A stretch of DNA of 64,000 nucleotides from Lama guanicoe (Eukaryota): the NCBI GenBank assembly GCA_013239625.1, contig MU053934.1, positions 12,497,413 to 12,561,412 of the forward strand, read 5' to 3'. Position 1 is the first letter of the stretch. The number at the start of each line of letters is the position of its first letter. Of this stretch, positions 49,914-60,903 are shown one piece after another. Position numbers and translations under genes: made by a program. The notes below the pieces were generated by a model. That model was not told where the DNA came from, ran no database searches, and was given only the letters and a program-made list of their open reading frames with translations.

Positions 49914-50422
49914 TTTTTTTTCCTTTTCACATTGCCAATGTGTTTTTTATCTTCTGCCTGGAGCCTGATTCATGGATGTGGACGGAGATGTCATTTTCTG
50001 AGGTGAGGATGACAGGGCCAGGCTGTTTTGGTGGGTGTGTCAGTCAGGGCTCAGTGCAGAAAACAGAAACAACTCTTATGTTTTTAAGACAGAAATGGAT
50101 TTATACCATGGGATATTATAAAATTATTGGATGGGCTGATGGTGTAGGGACTGAGAGGGATGGTGAGGGGCCATTGAGCTGAAGAAGAGACTGGGTAGCT
50201 GCGACGTGAGGCCAGGAACCCGGGGTGGTGACACTTAGCTCCTGCTGCCTGCACTGCACCCTCTCTTAGCAGCTGTCTCCACGCCTCATTTGCCTGCAGA
50301 CTTGGCACAGACATGCTGTCTTCTCGACCTCACAAGGCTGTGCCTAATTCAGCAACTCCACTCAGAAGTTCAGCTTCAAGTGAGAATGAAAAACTTAGTT
50401 TTTAGGTTCTAAAGTACAGAAT

Positions 50423-50549
50423 GGGGGAGGAGGTAGAGCTCAGTGGTAAAGCGCGTGCTTAGCATGCACGAAGTCCTGGGGTTCAATCCCCAGTACGTCC
50501 ATTAAAAAAATTACCCAAATTACCTCCCTCCTTCACCCGGACAAAAAAA
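50423..50549 (+). mobile_element. tRNA-Ala-derived SINE (vic-1-like)
   Basis: A-box tagagctcagtgg, AGC anticodon arm gtgcttagcatgcac, B-box ggttcaatcc, A-rich tail; TSD taaagtac(a/g)ga at 50410-50420 and 50550-50560. Confidence 0.9.
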
Positions 50550-50599
50550 TAAAGTACGGAGAGACAGAAGCGCGGGGCTTGGTGGAGGGGTCCAGGCGG

Positions 50600-50801
50600 A
50601 GGTGGCCTGGGGATTATGGGGTCATCAAATCCAGCCGCGCGGCGGGTTGGAGCAAAGCCACCACGCCTGTGGTGCTGTCCGCGGCCGCTTCCACGTTCTG
50701 CTACAACGGCAGAGCTGGGTAGTTGCAACCGAGACCTCGTGACCTGCAAAGACAAAAGACGTCACTATCTGGCCCTTTACAAAAAACCTTTGCCGACCTC
50801 T
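50600..50801 (-). mobile_element. MER58A-like hAT MITE
   Basis: ctacaacggcagagctgggtagttgcaac...ctatctggccctttacaaaaaacctttgccgacctctg matches recalled MER58A. Confidence 0.75.
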
Positions 50802-51329
50802 GACTTGGAGGGCGGAGCGCGAGGGCGCCGCAGCAGAGGCCGAGGGATTTGGCAGAAGGGAGCGCTCCGACGCGTGAATCGGCAGGGAGTTCCAGTCTCC
50901 CGGGCTCGGCTGACTGCTCCGCGAGCCGCAGGTGCTGGGGTGCTCGGGGAGCATCGCTCCTCAAGGCTCCACCGCCCCGTGGGCGACTCTCGCGTTCGCC
51001 ACCAGAGTCAATGCCGCAGACGCATCCCAACCACCTTACAGTGAAATTCCCGCATGATGAATTACCTGACGTGGTTGTTTAAAAGTGCCATTTGCAAGAA
51101 ACAACACTTAGATCTGCATCCGGGTTCCTGGTGTACTTTCTCTTTATGTCGCCAGAGCCATCTCGCTGGCTTGCCCTCGGTTTACGTAATGATGATTAGG
51201 CGTCATTCATGGGAATTACGTTGCCACCGTGTGACAGGGACTGTCCCCAAGGCTTGGCAGGGACCTGGCTCAAGCAGGTCTGGCCGGGCCCACACAGCGT
51301 CTTTTTGGAAGATGAGGGGGAGCCAGCAA

Positions 51330-52000
51330 CCAGCGAGATGGAAGGAAGACCAAGAGTGGCGGCACTAGGAGGACCGCGTGGAGAATTTCAGGAGGGCTGA
51401 GGGGTCGCTGTTCAATGTCTGGAGAAGCTGAGGAAGGCCAGTCTGCCGAGGCTGGTGAAATGGAGCTGCTGATGAGGAAAAAACCACGGTGAAAAGAAAC
51501 AGCGCGGCCTGCGCCCCTGCACACTGAAACCCCATCCCCAAACAGCCCCTGACATGGTCTAATAGGATATATAACATGCAAGCGGATAACTTCCAGTATC
51601 TGAACCACAGTGGGGAACGGTGGTGCCAGAAACTGAGCCGGTGCCTCGGAGACCCAAGAGCAGGAAAGCCCCCAAAGCACGGAGGAGAAATACAGGGGAA
51701 GCCGTGAGGGAAAAGATAAACAGCTTGAGGAGGTATGTACCTGGCTAAACACAGGCGTTCTAGAAGGAGAAGAGGAAAGACTGGTGCTTCAGTCAACACC
51801 AGACGAGAACTCTCCTCGGCTGAAGCCAGACTGGAGTCTGTTGCCTGAGGTGCTTTCTGGACCCCGGGGCGACCTGATGGGAAAGGTGACTGTTCAGCTA
51901 CAAGACAAAGATATCTTACAAGATTCTAGGAAGAAAACCCAAATTACCTACAAAAGGAAACATCAGAGTGGAAGCTGGAGGATAGCAAGATAGCAAGAAA
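51330..52000 (+). mobile_element. Highly decayed L1 ORF1-like relic
   Basis: Peptide QDKDILQDSRKKTQITYKRK resembles L1 ORF1 KEKILKAAREK..ITYKG. Confidence 0.45.
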
Positions 52001-52289
52001 GGTCTGCAGGGAAAGACACACCTAGGGTCCTTCTCCAGGAGAGCCTTCACCTACCTGCGCAGGAGGGGTGCTGGGGTGATGGGATCTCAGAGAGCAGAGC
52101 ATCAGTGCCCGAGAGGAAAATCCAGGAAGAGTAGAAACAAACAGCAAATATACCAGAGCCAGACTCTGCAATGGAGGGAGAGAGGAGACGTTGTGGAGCT
52201 TTCTCTTTATGAATCTCCCCCACTTCACACACAGGTTCTAATAAAAATTAAACCATTTCAGTGAAACCTAGATGCTGAGGGAGAGGGAG

Positions 52290-55050
52290 ATGGTAGTTCT
52301 AATTTTAGTTTTATGAGGAATTGCTATACTGTTTCCAGAGTGGCTCTACCAATTTACATTCCCACCAGCAGCGTACAAGTGTTCCCTTTTCTCCACATCC
52401 TCGCCAACACTTGTTATTGCTTAGCTCTTTGATAATAGCCATTCTGACACGTGTGAGATGATATCTCACTGTGCTTTTGATTTATATTTCCCTGATGATT
52501 AATGATGTTGAGCATCTTTTCAGGTGCCTGTTGGCCATCCTTATGTGTTTTTTGGAAAAAAAAGTCTATTCAGGTCTTCTATTTTTTTTCTCTTTCTCTT
52601 TTTTAAACTAAATTGTCACTGATTTACAATATTATGTTAGTTTTGAGTGTACAGCTTAGTGGTTCAGTACTTTCCTGCCAATTTTTAAATTACGTTGTTT
52701 GGTTTTTTGTTAATGAGTTGTGCAAGCTATTTATATATGTTGGATACTAACCCCTTATCAGTCATACTATTTGCAAATGTTGTCTCCTACAGTAGGTTGT
52801 CTTTCTCTTTTGTTAATGGTTTCCTTTGCTGTGCAAAAGTGTTTAACTTTAATTAGGTCCCATTTGTTTATTTTTGCTTTTGTTTCCATTGCCTTAGGAA
52901 ACAGATCTAAAAAATGTTGCTATGATTTATGTCAAAGAGTATTCGCCCATATTTCCTAGGAATTTTATGGTTTCTGGTCTTACATTTAGGTCTTTAATTC
53001 ATTTTGAGATTATTTTTGTATGCGATGTGAGAAAATGCTCTAATTTCATTCTTTTACATGTAGCTGTCTAATTTTCCCAGTACCACTTATTGAAGAGATT
53101 GTCTTTTCCTCATTGTATATTCTTGCCTCCTTTGTCATAAGGTAACTGACTATAAGTGCATGAGTTTATTTCTGGGCTGTTTATTCTATTCCATTGACCA
53201 ATGTGTCTGTTTTTGTGTCAGTAACATACTGTTTTGATTACTGTAGCTTTGTAGCATAGTCTGAAGTCTGGGAGCATGATTCCTCCAGCTCTGTTCTTCT
53301 TTTTCAAGATTGTTTTATATATAGTAGTTAGTATCTTTCGTGTTTGCATACAAGTGTTAGAATTATTTGTTCTAGTTCTGTGAAAAATGCCTTTGGTGTT
53401 TTGATAGGGATTGAACTGAATCTGTAGAGTGCCTTGGGTAGTTCAGTCATTTTAACAATATTAATTCTTCTAATCTATGAACACAGTGTATCTTTCCATT
53501 TGTTTTTGTTGTCTTCAATTTCTTTCATCAGTGTCTTATAGTTTTTTGAGTACAGGTTTTTTACATCCTTGGTTACATTTATTCCTAGGTATTTTATTCT
53601 TTTTGATGCAGTGGCAGATGGGGTTGCTTTCTTAATTTCTCTTTCGGATAGTTCATTGCTATTGTAAAGAAACAAAACAGATTTCTGTGTATTAATTTTG
53701 TATCCTGCAACTTTACTGAGTTCACTGATGAATTCTAGTAGTTTTTTGGTGGCATCTTTAGGATTTTCTATACATAGTTTCATGTCATATGCATATGACA
53801 GTTTCACTTCTTCCTTTCCAATTTCGATTCCTTTTATTTATTTTTCTTGTCTATTTGCTGTTGCTAGAATTTCAATACTATGTTCAATAAGAGTAGTGAG
53901 AGTGGGCATCCCAAGTGGACATCAGTCTTATGCCTGATCTTAGAGGAAGTGCTTTCAGTCTTTCACCATTGAGTGTGATGTTAGCTATGGGCTTATGATA
54001 TATGGCCTTTATTATGTTGAGGTATGTTTCCTCTATACCCATTTTGCAGAGCGTTTTAATCATAAGTGGATGTTGGATTTTGTCAAAAGCTTTTTTTCTT
54101 TTCTCTCTCTTTTTTTTAAATTGAAGTATAGTCAGTTTATGATGTGTCAATTTCTAGTGTACAGCATAATATTTCAGTCATACATATACATACATATATT
54201 CCTTTTCATATTCTTTTTTATTATAGGTTATTATAAGGTATTGAATATAGTTCCCTGTGCTATACAGTAGAAACTTGTTGTTTATTTTTATATATAGTAG
54301 TTAGTATCTGCAAATCTTTTTTAAACTTTTTTAAAAAATATATTTTTATTGAAGTACAGTCAGTTTGCAATGTGTCAATTTCTGGTGTACAGCAAAATAC
54401 TTCAGTCACATAGGAACATACATACATTTGTTCTCATATTCTTCTTCACCATAGGTTACTACAAGATATTGAATATGGTTCCCTGTGTTATACAGTAGAA
54501 ACTTGTTGTTTATCTATTTTATACATGTTAATTAGCATCTGCAAATCTCAGACTCCCAATTTATCCCTTCCCACTCCTCTCCCCACTGGTAACCGAAAGT
54601 TTGTTTTCTTTGTCTGTGAGTCTGTTTCTGTTTTGTAAGTTACTTTATTTGTGTCTTCAAAAGCTTTTTTTGCATCTATTGAGATAATCATAGGGTCTTT
54701 ATTCTTCAGTTTGTTAATGTGCTGCATCACGCTGGCTGATCTGTGATGTCGAACGGTCCTTGCATCCTTGGGATAAGTCCCGCTTGATCATGGTATATGA
54801 TCCTTTTACTACATTTTTTGAGTTTGGTTTGCTGTATTTTGTTGAGGACTTTGGCATCTATGTTCATCTGTAATACTGGCCTGTAATTTTCTTTTTTGTG
54901 TGTTTTTTTTCTGGTTTTGGTATCAAGGTGATGCTGGCCTTGTAGCATGAGTTTAGAAGTGTCCCTTCCTTTGCAATTTTTGGAATAGTTTGAGGATAGG
55001 TGTTACCTCTTCTTTAAATGTTTTGTAGAATTCACCTGTGAAGCCAGAAC
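52290..55050 (-). mobile_element. L1 ORF2 fragment (RT to C-terminus) with nested younger L1 3' ends
   Basis: Peptides [64 protein letters not shown]. Confidence 0.93.
54098..54656 (-). mobile_element. Two tandem 5'-truncated young L1 3' ends
   Basis: Related ~210 and ~320 bp units (attgaagta.agtcagttt...atatagttccctgtg.tatacagtagaaacttgttg) bounded by direct repeat tcaaaagcttttttt (54083-54097, 54657-54671). Confidence 0.8.
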
Positions 55051-55436
55051 CTTTTTTTTGGTTTCTGTCCATTTTCTGCTTTAAACTATTCTTCCTTCCT
55101 TTTAGCTACCTAAAAAATTATTTGTTAGTGTATCAGACGCTCTTATGCCCATTTTAGCTCTTCTTGGGCTGATCCCCCTGTAGGGACACTTGGCAGCCAC
55201 CTCCTGTAGCCACTGGCTAGAGGCACCTTGCTCCTCACCTCTGTGCATTTATGTGCAGCTGTTCATATAGACGTAAGCCTCCATTTCTCTGGGATAAATG
55301 CCCAGGAGTGCTGTTGCTGGGTGTATGGTAAGCATATGTTTGTTTTTTTTAAAGAAGTTGCCAGACTTTTCCAGAGTGGTTGCACCATTTTACATTCTCA
55401 CCATGTGACTTGCTTTTTTAAATCACCATCATGCTA

Positions 55437-55563
55437 GGGGAGGGTATAGCTCAAATGGTACAGTGTGTGCTTAGCATGCGAGACGTCCTGGGTTCAATGC
55501 CCAGTACCTCCTCTAAGAATAAATAAGCAAATAAACCTCCCCCTCCTCAACAGAAAAAGAAGA
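55437..55563 (+). mobile_element. tRNA-Ala-derived SINE (vic-1-like)
   Basis: ggggagggtatagctcaaatggta...gcttagcatgc...gtcctgggttcaatgcccagtacctcc plus A-rich tail; degenerate TSD ending (c)tc(a/g)tgct. Confidence 0.88.
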
Positions 55564-56629
55564 AAACACTGTCGTGCTGCTGAGATTCACCCACACTCTT
55601 GCTGTATCTGTATTTTCACTGTTTATAGCAGCAAATACCAGCCAGTGAGATGAGGCACAGTGGGGTGTCACAAATGAATTACAGATGTGCCTTGAGCTAG
55701 TGCCTTGAGCTAGTAATGGACATCTGTTTTCTGCGGAGGTAAATTATAATCTAGTTTTTCAATAGTTACTTAAAAGTTTACTCGGTTTAGTTTACTCTTG
55801 AACAATTTCTGAGGCTCCTCCGTAAACTCAAGCCATTATTTTGGAAGAAGTGGTGCCTAGCACCCACCCCCAGAGGGCGCTCTGTACACGCCACGCCCCC
55901 CAAGACTTCCCTACTGTTTGCTCAGTTTGCCTAATTATTAGCCAGGATTTGTTTATCATTGGTGAACTTTTCTGTAACATTCATCAAGGATGAAATTTAG
56001 GTTTTTAAAAAAATTTACTTTGTTCTTTTTGTCACAAATTTAAGAACAGATACATATGGTTTGTATGACTTCTACCTTCAACGCTACCACTGCTGTCATG
56101 GGAGGCACCCTCCTCTTCTCCATCTGCTCTGTACTCAGTGCTTCTAAATAAAATATCATTAATTTTATTTGTTTTCTCAACTGTTACTTCTTGATTACTT
56201 GTTTATTTATTACATATTGGTTGTTGATGTTAAGCATTAGCCTATTGATTATTGATGGGATTTCTCAGTTGTTGACCGCGAGGGTAGACGTTCCTTCCCT
56301 CTTCAGGTGGCTTAGCTGAGAACAGACCCGCCCGGACCGAGCGTGTCTCATCAAGACCTTGGCTGACGTCGGTGTCCAGTGCCAGGACTGCCACATGCAG
56401 CCTTGGTTCTTGGTAGGCCCTCTCCTGGGGGCTGTTCCTGGGCCTGGACGTACTTTGACTCATTTCTGGGTACTTGGAGAAGCTAGCTATGCCTAGTCCC
56501 TCTTTGGGGAGCCTGCAGATGTGTGATGTGACGCGTGCTTCTGGTCACCCTGGCTGTTGAGCCCTTACATGGTGTCTTGAGAACATCTACGACTGGCCTG
56601 TGCTGCAGAAGGATGATAGTTTGGGGGCT

Positions 56630-59610
56630 GTGTGTTAATTTTTATCATTTTAACCGTCTGTAAGGGTACAGTTCAGTGGCACTTAATACATTCACAAAGC
56701 TATGTGCCCATCACCACGGTCTACACCCTAAACTGTCATCGTTGCTAAGATAAACTCTGTCCCCACTAAACAGTAAGTCCTCATTCCCCTCCCCCAGCCT
56801 TTTGTAACCTCTGATCTACTTTCAGTCTCTATGAATTTGACTACATTAGGTACCTTGTATGAGGGAAGTCATGCAATATTTGCCCTTTTGTGTCTGGCTT
56901 ATTTCATTGAGCATGAGGTTTCCAAGTTTCATCCATGTAGTAGAGTGTGTCAGAATTTCCTTCCTTTAATGGCTGATCCAGTGTGTGCATAGATCACAAT
57001 TTATTTATCCATTTGTTGAACATTTGGGCTGTTTCTTCCTTTTGACTATTCTGAAAAATGCTGCTATGAACGTGTGTATACATATATTTACGTACCTGTT
57101 TTTATTCTTTTAGATGTGTACCTAACATTGCTGGATTATATAGCAATTTCATGTTTAGCTTTTTCAAACTCTGCCAAATTGTTTTCCACAGTGCTTGAAC
57201 AATTTTACATTCCCACCAGCAATATATGAGAGTTCTAGTTTACACACATCCTCACCAATAATTGTTTTAAAATTGTTAACTTATTTAGCTTTATTTTTTG
57301 GTATTAACTGATTACTTAACTATTCTAACTCATGAGGGTGTAAACAAAAGTATTTGGCTTATAGCCTCCTTAATGGCCCTTTGTTTTCCTGTTCATGGCT
57401 CACTCACCAGCACTTTAATTTTCTATTTTTTTAATTTATAGTCACCCTAGTGGATGTGAAGTGGCATCTCATTGTGGCTTTGATTTGCATTTCCCTAATG
57501 ATGCTGAGCATCTTTTCACATGCGTGCTGGTCATTTGCATTTCTTCTCTGGAGAAATGTCCATTCAGGTCCTTTGCCCATTAAAAAAGGTGGGGGGGGGT
57601 TGTTTGTCTTTTTGTTTGTTTGTTTTTGAGTTGGAAGAGTTCTTTATACATTTAAAAATATTTTATTTATTTATTTTTTGTTTGGGAGGGAGGTAATCAG
57701 GTTTATTTATTTACTTATTTATTTTAATGGAGGTACTGGGGATTGAACCCAGGATCTCATGCATGCGAAGCATGTGCTCTGCCACTGAGCTAGGACCCCC
57801 CCCCACCACTCTTTATACATTTTGGATGTTAGACCCTTATCAGAAACACAATTTGAAAATACTTTCTCCTGTTCTGCAAGTTGTTTAGTTACTTTTTAAA
57901 ATAATGTCCTTTGATGCACAAAATTTTACATTTAGTTGTAATTTCTATTTTTTCTTTTATTGCTCATTTTTGTTGATGTCATATCTAAGGATCCACTGCC
58001 AAGAATACGGTCATGAAGGTTTACCCCTGTGTTTTCTTCTAAGAGTTTTATGGCTTTAGGTTTCGTATTTAGGTTGCTGATCCATATTGATTTCATTTTT
58101 ATGTATAGTGTGAGGTAGGGGTCCAAGTTCATTCTTTTGCATGTTGATATCTAGTTGTCCTGGCACCATTTATTGGTGATACTATTCTTTCTCCATTGAA
58201 TGGTCTTGGCACCCTTGTTGAAAATCAGTTTTTGCCATAGATGTATGGGTTTACTTCTTTCAGTAATATTCCGTTGGTCTTTATGTCCATCCTTATGCCA
58301 GTACCACACTGTTTTGAAACTAGTAAGTTTTGAACTTGGGAAGTGTGACTCCTCCCATTTTGTTCCTTTTCAACACTGTTTTGGTTATTCAGGGCCCCTT
58401 GCAATTCCATATGAACTTCAGGATTGGCTTTGCCATTTCTACAAAAATGGCCATTTTGATAGAACTTGCTTGAGTCTGAAGATTGCTTTGAATAGAATTA
58501 ACATCTTAATGATATTGTCTTCCAATCCACGAATATGGGATATCTTTCCATTTATTTATGCCTTTAGTTTCTTTCAGCAGTGTTTTATAGTTTTCAGCAT
58601 ACAAGCCTTTTATGTCCTTGATTTGATGTATTCCCAAGTATTTAATTCTTTTAAATAATATTGTTAAGTGGAATTACTTTCTTAGTTTTCTTTTTAGATT
58701 GTTCATTGCTGGTGTATACAAACAACTGATTTTTATATGTTGATCTTGTATTTTGTAATTTTGCTGAATTTATTTATTAACTCTAACTGCTTTCTTATTG
58801 ATTCCTTGGGATAATCTACGTATAAGATCATGTCATCTGTAAATAGAGTTAGTTTTACCTCTTCCTTTAGTATTTGGATGCCTTTTTATTTCTTTTTCCT
58901 CACTAAATAGCTCTGGTACATTCCAGTACAATGTCGAGTAACAGCAGTGAGTGTGGGCATTCTTTCCTTATTCTTGATTTACGAGGAATGAACATTTTCA
59001 ATCTTTCACCATTGTGTTAGCCGCAAGTTTTCCTTAGATGCCCTTTATGGTGTTGAAGTGGTTCCCCTTGATTTCTAGTTTGCTGAGTGTTGTTGTTGTT
59101 GTTTTTTAAATCAGGAAATGGAATTGGATTTTGTAGTCGTCTTTCTCTGTTGTTTGAGATGATCATGTGATTCCCCCCTTTGTTCTATTAATGTACTCTA
59201 GTACATGAACGCTGTCTAATAATGAATGTATTCTGATCAGTGTATTACATTGATTGATTTTTCTTATGTTGAAGCATTTTTGCATTCCTGGGATAAATCC
59301 CATCTGGTCATGGTATATATAGTCCTTTTAATACCCTGTTGGATTTAGTTTGCTAGTATTTTGTTGATTTTTGCATCTGTATTCTTAAGGGATATTGGTT
59401 CATAATTTTCTTTTCTTGTGATATTTTTACCTGACTTTGGTATCAAGGGGGGTAATGCTGGCCTCACAAAATGAGTTAGGAAGTGTTCCCACCTCGTAAA
59501 TTTTTTGGAAGAGTTTCAGAAAAATTGGTTTTAATACTTTAAATGTTTGGTAAAATTCACCAGTGGAGTTATCTGGCCCAGGAATTTTCTTTGTTGGGAA
59601 GTTTTTGGTT
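56630..59610 (-). mobile_element. Old L1 (3' UTR plus ORF2), resuming near 60905-61500
   Basis: T-rich L1 antisense; peptide MNLDPYLTLYIKMKSIWISNLNTKPKAIKLLEENTG; 3' UTR blocks (cagttcagtggcacttaatacattcaca). Confidence 0.88.
57654..57809 (-). mobile_element. tRNA-Ala-derived SINE (vic-1-like) inserted in L1
   Basis: ggaggtactggggattgaacccagg...ccactgagcta; perfect 13-bp TSD TCTTTATACATTT at 57641-57653 and 57810-57822. Confidence 0.92.
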
Positions 59611-60149
59611 TTTTTTTGTATTTATCTGGGGCATTGTTTTATTTATTCTAGGATTTACATTTCAAGTGCCTTTCACCTTTGATAAGAAATTCTGAAAAGA
59701 GAATCCACTTTCATAGAGCCAGGTAAACTCAAACATTTGTCAGAGCTAGGCCATATAAAAGACATTTTAGGATATTTATAGAACTCACATGCTCTTTTCT
59801 AAAAGTCCAGGAACACTGGCTTCTTGGTGGGCCTGGTTTGCTTGTATCTTAGTTCCTCTAGAACCTGGCTGACCTTATGTTGCATACAGTTTATAATTTA
59901 AACATATCCTAAGCTTTGTATTTCAAACTCAAAGCATGATTCAAACATAGTAAACTGTGTGAATCAGTTCTGAAATTTAACTTTCCTACTAACAGATTGC
60001 AGTTCTTTGAAATCTGAGATTCTTTGAGCTATGGACAGTATAGCAGTGGGAAGTGAGTTATGTCATGAATGCATAAAATATATGTAGATATTTGTCTATC
60101 TGTAAATAGGTATAGGGAGAGTGATATTCTACATAAAATTAGTAATGTT

Positions 60150-60903
60150 ACTTTTCTTACTGTTTTATAACTTTGCTTTTAAAGAATTACATTACCATAT
60201 AGCATTCCTCCCTCTCTCGCATATTGGGAGAAATTGTTTGTCAGCCTGACCTCACAGGTAAGTGGCTTTCAAGCCTGTAACAAGATTCCCAGGGCTGCGT
60301 TATGAATATGACTGATGTTGCAAGCCTTAGAGGTTTTATAACGACTCGTTCATCAGTGTACAGACTGGGCTGCCGTGAAGCAGTGGTGTCGATGACACCA
60401 GGCGACCATGAAGCCGTTGTATGACTGCTGCTTCATCATCAGTGCATGAACTGTTACACCCGTAAGTAAGTGTGAATTTATTTTCATATTATCTTCTCAT
60501 TTGTCATGTCTAGTTTTAGTAATATGTGTAACACCGACAGTGTTTGTATCGTCTAACACAATACTGATGTAAGTACTGACAGAAACGACTCATCTTGTAA
60601 GCAGATGATGACACAGACTCATGATAAACTAATGATATTGATACAGTACAGAATTTTGGATGTATTTTGTCTTCCTTAGGGTTTTCTGTATAATATTTTC
60701 TGTAGATACTTTATTGTAAGAATACAGTATATAATATGTAGCATAAAAGATGTGTTCATTGACTTTGTCTTATTGGTAAGGCTTCCGGTGAATAGTAGGC
60801 TATCAGTAGTTGTCTTCTGTTTTGGGGAGTCAAAATTACGTGTGGAATTTTGATTGCACAGAGGTGAGTTCCCCTAACCCCTGTGTTGTTTGAGTGTCAA
60901 CTG
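60150..60903 (+). mobile_element. Tigger2-family DNA transposon fragment
   Basis: tttattgtaagaatacagtatataat...gcttccggtgaatagtaggcta...cccctaacccctgtgttgtttgagtgtcaactg terminus. Left boundary approximate. Confidence 0.7.

Noticed and set aside
50426..50500. Apparent tRNA-Ala(AGC) gene
   Set aside because: Stem mismatches, A-rich tail instead of a T-run terminator, flanking TSD and three sibling copies identify it as a SINE head.
53475..54948. Reverse-transcriptase-like ORFs
   Set aside because: Fragmented L1 ORF2 with stops, frameshifts and nested insertions; not an active or domesticated gene.
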